Positions 8,410 to 16,943 of a DNA stretch of 50,681 bases are shown one piece after another (position 1 is the first letter of the stretch; every line of letters begins with the position of its first letter). Under the pieces are notes generated by a model. The model made no database searches, had not been told where the DNA came from, and worked only from the letters and a program-made list of their open reading frames with translations. Position numbers and translations under genes: made by a program. This DNA comes from an uncultured Eubacteriales bacterium (GTDB taxonomy: Bacteria; Acidobacteriota; Aminicenantia; Aminicenantales; UBA8522): assembly GCA_964408495.1 (NCBI GenBank), contig CAYOZW010000002.1:388-51068 (forward strand), read 5' to 3'.

Positions 8410-9684
8410 ATGATCGAGGAAAATAAGAAGAAGCTGGACGAAAACGCCCGAGCTCTTGGGCTGAAGGGCTCTTTCCTCAGCCGGCGGCAGTTCTTCAAAA
8501 CCACGGGAGCGGCGCTGGCCTCGCTTTCGGTTGTGCAGCCAAAGCTCTTGCGCGGCAGCCAGGCCAACTCGAAGATCAGGCTGGGTCTCATCGGCTGCGG
8601 CGGCCGCGGCGTCTGGATCGCCGGGCTCTTCGAGGCTCACGGCGGGTACGAGATCTTCGCCGGCGCGGACTATTTCGCCGACCGTGTCGAGGCTTTCGGC
8701 ACCAAGTTCTCAGTCCCTCCGAACAGACTTTTCTCCGGACTGTCCGGATACAAGCGTCTTCTCGGCTGCGGCGTCGAGGCCGTGGCCATCGAAACGCCCC
8801 CCTACTTCCATCCCGAACAGGCGGCAGCCGCGGTGGACAAAGGGTTTCATGTTTATCTAGCCAAACCCCTGGCCGTGGACGTTCCCGGATGCCGGATGAT
8901 CGCCAGCTGCGGAAAGAAAGCGACTGCCCGGAAACTGGCTTTCCTCGTTGACTTCCAGACAAGGGCGCATCCGGCCTTCATCGAAGCTCTCAGGCGTGTC
9001 CATGACGGCGCCCTGGGGGAGTCTGTATTCGGCGAAGCGACATATCATGCCGAATCCCCGTGGGAAGAGCATTACGAAATGCTGCGGAACGACCCCGCGA
9101 ACCCTGAGGTTCGACTTCGCGCCTGGGGCCTGGACCGCGCCCTCTCCGGCGACATCATCACCGAACAGGAGATCCATGCGATCGATGTGGCTAACTGGAT
9201 CATGGAAAAGCCTCCTTTCTGGGCTGTCGGAACGGGAGGGCTCAAAGCCCGGCCGAAAGTCGGCACCTGCCGGGACCATTTCGTGGTCTATTACCAATAC
9301 GCCGATGACGTGGCTATCCAGTTCAGCGGCCGCCAGTTCAAGGGCCACGGCACGGCCGAGGGTATCAAGAACCGGATGTTCGGCAGCCAGGGCATCCTGG
9401 AGACCGAATACGGCGGCCCGGTCGTCATCCGGGGGGAGAATTTCTTCAACGGAGGCCGGACCCCCGAAATATACGAATCCGGGGCCGTCAACAACATCGC
9501 CGTCTTCCACAAGAGCATAATGAAAGGGGACTTCATGAACCCGACGGTGGAGCCGAGCGTCCAGAGCAACCTGATCACGATCCTGGGCCGCAAGGCCGCC
9601 TACGAGAAACGGCGGGTGACCTGGGAGGAGCTCCTGAGGGACGAGGAGAGGCTCGAACCAGACCTGGCGGGCTTAAAAGATTAG
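8410..9684 (+). CDS. Gfo/Idh/MocA-family oxidoreductase with Tat signal
   Basis: SD is AAAGGAGGG. The Tat motif is SRRQFFKTTGAALASLSVV. LGLIGCGGRG is the Rossmann start and LAKPLA the family motif. Confidence 0.9.
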   Translation: MIEENKKKLDENARALGLKGSFLSRRQFFKTTGAALASLSVVQPKLLRGSQANSKIRLGLIGCGGRGVWIAGLFEAHGGYEIFAGADYFADRVEAFGTKFSVPPNRLFSGLSGYKRLLGCGVEAVAIETPPYFHPEQAAAAVDKGFHVYLAKPLAVDVPGCRMIASCGKKATARKLAFLVDFQTRAHPAFIEALRRVHDGALGESVFGEATYHAESPWEEHYEMLRNDPANPEVRLRAWGLDRALSGDIITEQEIHAIDVANWIMEKPPFWAVGTGGLKARPKVGTCRDHFVVYYQYADDVAIQFSGRQFKGHGTAEGIKNRMFGSQGILETEYGGPVVIRGENFFNGGRTPEIYESGAVNNIAVFHKSIMKGDFMNPTVEPSVQSNLITILGRKAAYEKRRVTWEELLRDEERLEPDLAGLKD

Positions 9685-9734
9685 CTTCGTAGAGCTTTGC
9701 GGGTCACCTGAAACATCTGAAAATCCCCCTCCTC

Positions 9735-9765
9735 CCCGCCTCCTCCCACCAGGGGAGGAGGCGGG
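9735..9765 (+). terminator. GC-rich hairpin (13-bp perfect stem, 5-nt loop) downstream of 8410..9684
   Basis: CCCGCCTCCTCCC accag GGGAGGAGGCGGG. It lies about 50 nt after the stop. Only TT follows, so it is not a classical intrinsic terminator and may be a REP-like element. Confidence 0.35.
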
Positions 9766-9870
9766 TTGTAGTGCATAGGCGCATCCGCCCTCGCGTGGGT
9801 CCATTTTAATAAATTCGGGTTTTGTTCATTCTATGGGCTAGGTATCTTGCTGGATCGCAATGCAAGCAAA

Positions 9871-9900
9871 TTGACAGACCCCTTCAGTCGGAGATATAGT
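9871..9900 (+). promoter_or_regulatory. Sigma70-like promoter (TTGACA-N18-TATAGT) ending 6 nt before ATG 9907
   Basis: TTGACA at 9871-9876 and TATAGT at 9895-9900, then ctgccc, then ATG. No SD is present. The geometry predicts a leaderless or near-leaderless mRNA. Confidence 0.45.
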
Positions 9901-9906
9901 CTGCCC

Positions 9907-11859
9907 ATGCGAAAACGTTGCCTGATTTTGTCAGCTCTATTCCTCCTGCTTTCCGCCTCTTTTGCCTCCGGCCTGAAGACGTCCTCGGCCGCAGAAAGCC
10001 AAGGAAAACTCAAAGTCCTTGAACTCAAGGGCACTCCATACCAACGGGGATTGATGCACGGCCGGAGCCTCAAGCCGGAGATCCAGGAGCTCGTTGGACG
10101 CTGGAAAGCGGACCTCGAAAAAACCTTTTCCGTCCCGGCGGCGACCTACATCAAAAAGTTCTTGGAGGCCTCGGACTTCCAGCCGGCCATCGAGCGCTGG
10201 ACGCCCGGACTCCTGGATGAAGTCCGCGGCATCGCCGAGGGCGCCGGGATCGACTTCGAGACCATGTACGCCTTCCAGCTCGTCGACGAGAGCTGGGTCA
10301 TGAGCGACGACCTCGACCTCCCTAAGTGCACGACGATTGCCGTCCGAAAACGGGGCAACTCTCCCTCTCTTGTCTCCCAGACCCTGGATATTCCGACTTT
10401 TTATCACGGGTTCCAGACGGTCCTGCACATCGAGGGCAACGAGGAGGAGCCGGGAGCTCTTGTGTTCACGTTCCCCGGATTTATCGCCGCCAACGGGCTG
10501 AACGACCGCTCGGTCGCCGTCTGTGTCAACGCCGTCACTCAGCTGGCCTACTCGGCTAAGGGTCTTCCCGTCGCCTTCGCCATCAGGGGGATTTTGCGGC
10601 AGAAAAGCTATGAGGACGCGGTCCGCTTCCTCGAGAAGATCGTGCCGGCGGCTCCTCAGAACTACGTCATCGGAGGTCCCGACATAGTCTCCAGCTTCGA
10701 GCGCTCGGCCAAACGGATGGACGAATTCGTCCCTTTTGGCGGCGCCGAACTCACCTACCACACCAACCACCCGCTGGTCAACGACGACTTCAACCCGAGG
10801 TTCACGGAAAGACTCCAAAAAAGGGGGATGAGCCTGGACGAATACAAGGCCCGCTGCCCGCGGTTCAAGTTTCTCGGCCGGACCTTTAAGGACAATACGG
10901 TCCCACTCGACCTGGCCATCCTCAAGCAGACCTTCTCCGACCGGGACTCCGGGATCAATAACCCCAGCACATATGGGTGCACGATCATGGTCCTGGGCGA
11001 TCGACCGGAGCTTCACATCGCCCCCGGACGCCCCGACGAAGTCTCTTTTGAGGTCATCGGGTTTGAGCCGGTCAAGAGTGCGATTCGTTTCGGCGTCTGT
11101 GACTGGACGATCAAAAAGACGGGCACACCCGAGGCCTTTGAGCTGGCGGCGCAACTTGGGCTCGAGGGCGTCCAGGTGAGCCTCGTCCCCCGGGGAGAAT
11201 CTCTCACCCTGCTCGATAAGAAACTTCAGCAAGCCTATCGGCAAGCCGCCGAAAAAACGGGAGTGGCGATCGCTTCTTTTTGTGTCGGCGAATTGAACAA
11301 TGTGCCGCTCAAGAGCGACCCGCCGGCGGAGCGCTGGGTCGCCGAGGGAATCGAAGTCGCCTCGGCCATGAAGGTGGGGATCATCCTTATCCCCTTCTTC
11401 GGCAAGGGCGACCTCAAGGATGACCCGGCCGGCACTGAAGCGGTCATCCAGAGTCTTAAGCGACTGGCTCCCAGGGCGGAAAAAGCAGGGGTTATCCTGG
11501 CGCTCGAGTCCACCCTGAACGCCGAAGCCCATCAAAAGATCATCGGGGCGGTCGGCTCTCCAGCCGTCGCCGTCTACTACGACGTCGGAAACTCCCAGGA
11601 GGCGGGGTATGACATCGGCCGGGAGATCCGCCTCCTCGGGGGACGGATCGCCCAATTCCACGCTAAGGATTATCAGGGCCTCTTCGGGAAGGGCTCCCTG
11701 GATTTCTCTGCGGTCCGCTCCGCCATGCAGGATATCAGTTACAGCGGCTGGCTGGTGCTGGAAGAAGTCAAGCTCCCGCTGGGGATGGAGCAGAGCATCC
11801 AAAAGGATTTGGAGTACCTGAAGTCGGTTTTCGCTCCCGGGAAAAAATCCGGAATCTAG
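9907..11859 (+). CDS. Exported fusion protein: N-terminal C45-family Ntn hydrolase + C-terminal xylose-isomerase-like TIM barrel (sugar phosphate isomerase/epimerase family)
   Basis: ATG 9907 gives the signal peptide MRKRCLILSALFLLLSASFASG (the track start TTG 9847 is rejected). C45 motifs are GTPYQRGLMHG, the nucleophile context PKCTTIAV (TGC 10327-10329), and FIAANGLNDRSVAVCVNAV. From about 11080 the sequence reads IRFGVCDWTI..LGLEGVQVSL..ILALES..YYDVGN..AQFHAKD, a TIM-barrel pattern. It is one uninterrupted frame. Confidence 0.85.
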   Translation: MRKRCLILSALFLLLSASFASGLKTSSAAESQGKLKVLELKGTPYQRGLMHGRSLKPEIQELVGRWKADLEKTFSVPAATYIKKFLEASDFQPAIERWTPGLLDEVRGIAEGAGIDFETMYAFQLVDESWVMSDDLDLPKCTTIAVRKRGNSPSLVSQTLDIPTFYHGFQTVLHIEGNEEEPGALVFTFPGFIAANGLNDRSVAVCVNAVTQLAYSAKGLPVAFAIRGILRQKSYEDAVRFLEKIVPAAPQNYVIGGPDIVSSFERSAKRMDEFVPFGGAELTYHTNHPLVNDDFNPRFTERLQKRGMSLDEYKARCPRFKFLGRTFKDNTVPLDLAILKQTFSDRDSGINNPSTYGCTIMVLGDRPELHIAPGRPDEVSFEVIGFEPVKSAIRFGVCDWTIKKTGTPEAFELAAQLGLEGVQVSLVPRGESLTLLDKKLQQAYRQAAEKTGVAIASFCVGELNNVPLKSDPPAERWVAEGIEVASAMKVGIILIPFFGKGDLKDDPAGTEAVIQSLKRLAPRAEKAGVILALESTLNAEAHQKIIGAVGSPAVAVYYDVGNSQEAGYDIGREIRLLGGRIAQFHAKDYQGLFGKGSLDFSAVRSAMQDISYSGWLVLEEVKLPLGMEQSIQKDLEYLKSVFAPGKKSGI

Positions 11860-11862
11860 CGA

Positions 11863-12951
11863 TCATAAGACGTATTTGTTCAGCTTCAATCCGGCCGGGA
11901 TCTTGACGGTCTCCTTATAAATGTTCCAGTAGTATTCGCGGGCCTCGCCCAGCTTGGCGAAGAGGGCGTGCTTGACGTCCGGAGAATGGGTCGCCGCGAT
12001 CCCGCCCTGGCCGTCGACCAGGATCAACCGGGCGCAGCGATTCAGGATGCCGGCCGTCCCGACGCTGCAGGCAACGACGAGCTCGTTCTTGCGGACCCGA
12101 TCGAGCAGCTCCCCATAGGGCAGGTGCCGTTCCTCGACGGGCACTCCCATTTCCCTCAAGATGGCCACGATCCCCTGGATGGTGACAGACGGCAGGATCA
12201 GCGGATTTTCGGGGATTTTAATGACCCGGCCGTCGCTCAGCCCGAAAAGACAGCAAGACGAGTCCCATTCGGTGACCAGCCGGTCTTCTATTTTGGCCTG
12301 CGGCCGGTCGTCCAGGAAAAGGGCCGAGGCGGCCTCGGGGTAGAGCTTCCGGGCCTCGTCCACGGCCTTGACGCTCATCAAGTAATTGACGCCCAGCTTG
12401 AGGCACCCTGTCTTATTGATCCCCACCGCCCGGACCATATGGGGAACGACAACCCCGCAGAAGGGCTCGCCGAGATAGCGGTCGTAGCGGCAAGCCATGG
12501 CCCGGACCGCCGGCTGGGCCGGGAAGGTCACGCCGATCGACTGATCTTCATCGAAGGTGAAAGGCCGAAGATACCCCTGGGCGCCGAGAGCGGCCATCTC
12601 CTCGAGGAAACCGCGCATCGAGGGATCTTTGAGATAGAGATGGATGAAGACGTTCTCCAGCTCTTCGATCGCAGGCACAAGCTCTTGTTGCTCGCTACTC
12701 AGGTTGAAGGAAATCCCTTTATGGAAACGGTCGAGGTTCAGGTGCCAGTTGAGGAAGACGACCTCGACCTCTCCGCCCGGATTTTTCTTACAGAAAAAGC
12801 GGATGCCTTCGAAAGCCAGGCACAGTCCGTAATGGATGGACCGGGAGACGCCGAATACCTTGGCCTCGGCCTCGACGATCTCGAATTGCTTCTCCACCAG
12901 GCCGTAGCGCATCTGCCGGGGGGCCCACTTCACCCCTTCGAATTTGGCCAT
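11863..12951 (-). CDS. Class IV (branched-chain/D-amino-acid type) PLP aminotransferase-like protein, divergent
   Basis: SD is TAAGGAG. SIHYGLCLAFEGIRFF matches IlvE HYGTSVFEGIR, and YLRPFTF is present. The catalytic-Lys context is CLKLGVNYLMS (IlvE: AAKAGGNYLSS). LPSVTIQGIV matches LPGITR, and SVGTAGIL is present. The EGAGEN loop is not conserved. Confidence 0.75.
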   Translation of the reverse strand: MAKFEGVKWAPRQMRYGLVEKQFEIVEAEAKVFGVSRSIHYGLCLAFEGIRFFCKKNPGGEVEVVFLNWHLNLDRFHKGISFNLSSEQQELVPAIEELENVFIHLYLKDPSMRGFLEEMAALGAQGYLRPFTFDEDQSIGVTFPAQPAVRAMACRYDRYLGEPFCGVVVPHMVRAVGINKTGCLKLGVNYLMSVKAVDEARKLYPEAASALFLDDRPQAKIEDRLVTEWDSSCCLFGLSDGRVIKIPENPLILPSVTIQGIVAILREMGVPVEERHLPYGELLDRVRKNELVVACSVGTAGILNRCARLILVDGQGGIAATHSPDVKHALFAKLGEAREYYWNIYKETVKIPAGLKLNKYVL

Positions 12952-13030
12952 GAAATGACTCCTTATGAGGGCATTATTTTAGTAAATAAACCTTATTCTT
13001 TGTATCATAGTCGGTTGACGAGCTCAATCA

Positions 13031-15436
13031 CTATTCATACCGGAGAGTGTCAACAGGATTCTTGAGGGCGGCTTTTACGGTCTGCAAGCTGACCGTGATC
13101 AAAGCGATAGCGAGAGCCAAAACGGCCGCCGCTACGAACATCCACCAGGAGAGACTGATCCGATAGGCGAAATTATGCAGCCACCGACTCATCACGTACC
13201 AGGCCGCGGGCCAGGCTATAAGGGTGGCTATCAGAACGCATTTGACGAAACTTCTGTTCAGATGATGAACGATCCGGGGCACAGATGCTCCCAAGATCTT
13301 TCGGATACCGATCTCACCCGTCTTTCGCTCGGCAATAAAGGAGGCCAGGCCGAACAACCCCAGGCAGGCGATGAATATGGCCAGGAAGGAGAACAGAGAA
13401 AACAGTTTTCGGGTCCGCAGCTCATTCAGATAGAGCCTGTCGTAATCGTCATCGAGAAAGGAATAGGCAAAGGGTTTTCCGGGCGCGAATTTATCCCACG
13501 TGTCTCCGATGTATCGGATGGTCGCGATGACATCCCCGGTATTGAGACGCACAGAGATATAATCCTCGCCTCTGGCCATGGAATCCCTGACGAGAAGCTG
13601 GACCTGAGGCCGGATCTCCTGATGAAGGGATTCGTAATGATAATCCTTGATGACTCCTATGACCGTATATTTCTCCCCTCCTTCAAGGTCCCATATCTTC
13701 TTCCCCAGGGGGTTCTCCCAGCCCATAAGTCCCACGGCCTTTTCATTGACTATCGCGGCCTGCGAATCCGCCGGAAACTCCCTGGAGAAGAACCGTCCCG
13801 AGGCCATCTCCAGTCTCAAAGTCTTGAGAAAATCATAGTCACAGACGCAGAGATTCAAGGTGAACTTCCCGTTGACGCCTTCGGCACCGAAGAAGACATT
13901 GTTGAAATTTCTGCCGGGGAGCGTGTCCGAGCCCGAAACATCGATGATATTGCTGTGACTTCGCAGGGAGTCTTTAAAAGGAGCCGTCTGGGCTAAGGCC
14001 CCCGGGTTCTGGATGATCAAGACTTGTTCCCTGTCAAATCCCAGTTTCGTGTTCTGAAAATACCTGAGCTGCTGGTTGACGACCAGCGTGCTGATGATCA
14101 GGAAAACGGAGACCGAGAACTGGAAGATCACGAGGCCGTTCCTCAGCCAAGCGCCTCCTTTGCGACCGACCGAAATTCCCCTCAGCATCGTAACGGGCTT
14201 AAATGAGGACAGGAAAAAGGCCGGATAGGAACCGGAGAGAAACCCGACCAGGAGCCCGAGCCCCAAAAGCGCCGGGATAACGACCCAATGGGCAAAAGGT
14301 CCCATCCCGACCTGCCGGCCGATCAGATTGTCATAAAACGGTAAAGCAACCGCGGCGATGGCCACGCCAACGGCCAGGGAGATAAAGCTCAATAAAACGG
14401 ATTCAGCGATAAACTGAAGCACCAATCCCCGGCGGCTCGAGCCGACGATCTTTCTCATCCCGACCTCTTTGCCCCGGAGCGAGGACTTCGCCGTGGACAG
14501 ATTCATGAAGTTGACACAGGCGATGAGCAGGATGATCAGGCTGACAACGAGAAAAACATAGACGTATGTTTTGTTCCCATTGGCTTCAAATTCGCCGTTC
14601 AGGTCTGAATTCAGATGGATCCCGGTCAAAGGCTGCAAAAAATATTCCCAATAGTTCCCTTCCGCGACCCAGGCGTCAAACCGTTCCCTTCCCAAATAAT
14701 TCCTGGTGAATCCCTTGAGTTTTTGTTCAAACCCCCCTTGTGACGTTCCTTCCCTCAACAGAAGATAGGTGATGAAATTATGGGCCGACCAATCTTTTTC
14801 GTTGATCAAGGCTGGAAAGCTGGACGAGGAAACCAGGAAATCGTAGTGGAAATGAGAGTTGGCGGGGATGTCCTCTGATACGCCGGTGATTTTGAAGTCG
14901 ATGCGGGTGGAGTTGAATGCAAAATCCGCACTCAGGATCCTTCCCACAACATCCGCAGCCCCGAAATATCTCAACGCCGTCGCCGCGGAGATGACCATCG
15001 TGTTGGGCTGACGGAGGGCGGATCCTGGATCACCATGGATCAAGGGGACGGTGAAGATTTCAAAAAACGTCTCATCCGCAGCATAAAACCTTTGTTCATA
15101 CACGGTGTTGCCGCGAAAGACCACAGGGGTGCCTTCCAACTTCAGGATCTTGACCCCGGCCGCAATCTCTGGGAAATCCGCCTGCAGTCTTCTCAACGTT
15201 TCCGCTGAGGTCAGAGTCTGCCTGCGTTTTGTCCCTCCGACTGATGCCCGGTGGGCCAAGCGATAAATACAATCGGCTTTTTCGTAGAACCGATCATAGC
15301 TGAGCTCGTGGGAGACAAACAGAAAAATCAGGATGCTGCAGGCTATCCCCATGGCCAGGCCGAAGACGTTGATGAAGTAGAAACCCTTGTGCCGGCCGAA
15401 GTTTCGCAGCAGGACTTTCAGATAATTCTTGAACAT
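13031..15436 (-). CDS. Duplicated MacB/FtsX-type permease (two MacB-like periplasmic core + FtsX modules), no ATPase domain
   Basis: The N-terminus is MFKNYLKVLLRNFGRHKGFYFINVFGLAMGIA. There are two large extracytoplasmic segments. Each is followed by an FtsX-type 3-TM block containing the conserved cytoplasmic-loop sequences (GMRKIVGSSRR.. and IGIRKILGASV..). No Walker motifs are present. Confidence 0.9.
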   Translation of the reverse strand: MFKNYLKVLLRNFGRHKGFYFINVFGLAMGIACSILIFLFVSHELSYDRFYEKADCIYRLAHRASVGGTKRRQTLTSAETLRRLQADFPEIAAGVKILKLEGTPVVFRGNTVYEQRFYAADETFFEIFTVPLIHGDPGSALRQPNTMVISAATALRYFGAADVVGRILSADFAFNSTRIDFKITGVSEDIPANSHFHYDFLVSSSSFPALINEKDWSAHNFITYLLLREGTSQGGFEQKLKGFTRNYLGRERFDAWVAEGNYWEYFLQPLTGIHLNSDLNGEFEANGNKTYVYVFLVVSLIILLIACVNFMNLSTAKSSLRGKEVGMRKIVGSSRRGLVLQFIAESVLLSFISLAVGVAIAAVALPFYDNLIGRQVGMGPFAHWVVIPALLGLGLLVGFLSGSYPAFFLSSFKPVTMLRGISVGRKGGAWLRNGLVIFQFSVSVFLIISTLVVNQQLRYFQNTKLGFDREQVLIIQNPGALAQTAPFKDSLRSHSNIIDVSGSDTLPGRNFNNVFFGAEGVNGKFTLNLCVCDYDFLKTLRLEMASGRFFSREFPADSQAAIVNEKAVGLMGWENPLGKKIWDLEGGEKYTVIGVIKDYHYESLHQEIRPQVQLLVRDSMARGEDYISVRLNTGDVIATIRYIGDTWDKFAPGKPFAYSFLDDDYDRLYLNELRTRKLFSLFSFLAIFIACLGLFGLASFIAERKTGEIGIRKILGASVPRIVHHLNRSFVKCVLIATLIAWPAAWYVMSRWLHNFAYRISLSWWMFVAAAVLALAIALITVSLQTVKAALKNPVDTLRYE

Positions 15437-15515
15437 TGCTGCATTTGACTATAGCGAAAACCGGATAAAAGACGAAATGGCCGCACCAAAGCCCCAGGCA
15501 TCTTTGTCGAAAATC

Positions 15516-16868
15516 CTAAAGGCTCCAGCCCGGACGATAGGGCCGGCGGATGAGCCTTTCCGCCTCCGGATTGTTGGTTACCCTCAGGTTGGCGGAATCC
15601 CACTCAATCCGGCTATCCAACCGCTTGGCCACATTTCCCAGCAGGCAAATCTCGGTCAGCGGGCCGGAATACTCGAAGGCCGCTCCGGCTTTGCTCCTGC
15701 TCTTGCAGGCTCTGACCCACTCCTGCTCATGAGTTCCTTCGACGCGGGGGATCGTCTTCTCCGGGCGCTCCGCCTCCTGCATCAGCTTTTCGGGAATCAG
15801 CCGTGGCGAGTCGCCGTAAACACCGCACATGATCTTGCCCTTCGAACCCTTGAAGACCAGCCCCCCTTCTTCCGGCATCCGCCGGCCGTCCTCCAACTCT
15901 TCGGGACGCGGCGCCCGCGTTCCCTCGTACCAGGTCAGCTTCACCCGCGGCCTGTCTCCCTTGGCCGGGAAGCGATAGGTGACGATGGCCGAAAGAGAGT
16001 GTGTTTCCGGATTCAGGCCGCAGCTCGTCGCCTCGACCGCCTCCGGCGCATCCAGGTCGAGCGCCCAAAACGCCGCGTCAAGCGTATGCGCCCCGCGGTC
16101 GCCCATCATCCCGACCCCAAAATCCCACCAGCATCGCCAGACCAGAGGATGATAGGCCGGATGATAGGGCCGGAAGGGCGCCGGGCCGATCCAGAGGTCC
16201 CAGTTGAGGCCGGCCGGGAGCGGCGGCGTCTCCGCCGGCCGATCCCCCCATTTTGAGCTCCAGTAAGCATGGCCCCACGGGTAATAGGAAAGATCACACC
16301 AGCCGTCGACCTCGCCCACCTCTCCGATGAGTCCGGCCCGGATCCACTCGACAACGAGGCGGATTCCCTCACCCGAGTGGCCCTGGATCCCCATCTGGGT
16401 TGTGACTTTCGAATCCCGGGCCGCTCGGGCGAGCATCCTCGACTCCCAGACGTCGTGGCTGAGCGGCTTCTGGGTGTAGACGTGCTTGCCCGCTCCGATC
16501 GCTGCCATGGTGATGACGGCGTGGGTATGGTCCGGCGTCGCGATGACGACGGCATCGATGTCTTTTTGCTTCTCCAGCATGAGGCGGTAGTCGGAGTAGA
16601 ACTTGGCGCCTGGGTAGCGTTTGACCGTCTCGGCGGCATAACCCGGGTCCACATCGCACAGGGCGACGATGTCTTCACTTTCCAATTCGTGGAGGTTGGC
16701 CGCTCCCATTCCGCCGATCCCGATCCCGGCGATGGCCAGTCTTTCGCTCGGCGGCCTTTGCCCTCGGCCCAGAACATGCCGGGGGACGATATGGAAAAGG
16801 ACGGGCGCGGTTGAGCCGACAGCCGCCGACTTCAAAAAACCGCGCCGGGTCACTTTATTTTCGATCAT
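15516..16868 (-). CDS. Gfo/Idh/MocA-family oxidoreductase with Tat signal
   Basis: SD is GAGAGGAG. The Tat motif is TRRGFLKSAAVGS. IAGIGIGGMG is the Rossmann start and TQKPLS the family motif. Confidence 0.9.
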   Translation of the reverse strand: MIENKVTRRGFLKSAAVGSTAPVLFHIVPRHVLGRGQRPPSERLAIAGIGIGGMGAANLHELESEDIVALCDVDPGYAAETVKRYPGAKFYSDYRLMLEKQKDIDAVVIATPDHTHAVITMAAIGAGKHVYTQKPLSHDVWESRMLARAARDSKVTTQMGIQGHSGEGIRLVVEWIRAGLIGEVGEVDGWCDLSYYPWGHAYWSSKWGDRPAETPPLPAGLNWDLWIGPAPFRPYHPAYHPLVWRCWWDFGVGMMGDRGAHTLDAAFWALDLDAPEAVEATSCGLNPETHSLSAIVTYRFPAKGDRPRVKLTWYEGTRAPRPEELEDGRRMPEEGGLVFKGSKGKIMCGVYGDSPRLIPEKLMQEAERPEKTIPRVEGTHEQEWVRACKSRSKAGAAFEYSGPLTEICLLGNVAKRLDSRIEWDSANLRVTNNPEAERLIRRPYRPGWSL

Positions 16869-16943
16869 GTGGTGCTCCTCTCGGGAGGCATGGATTGCCC
16901 GTCAGGACTCCTCAAGCGTATCGCTCCCCGAAGGCCGGTGTCA

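Noticed and set aside
9937-11802. 621-aa ORF antisense to the C45-TIM fusion gene
   Set aside because: It is a typical high-GC shadow ORF. Its composition is dominated by R/G/P/D/L and I see no recognisable motifs. It is fully overlapped by a sense ORF with clear family signatures.
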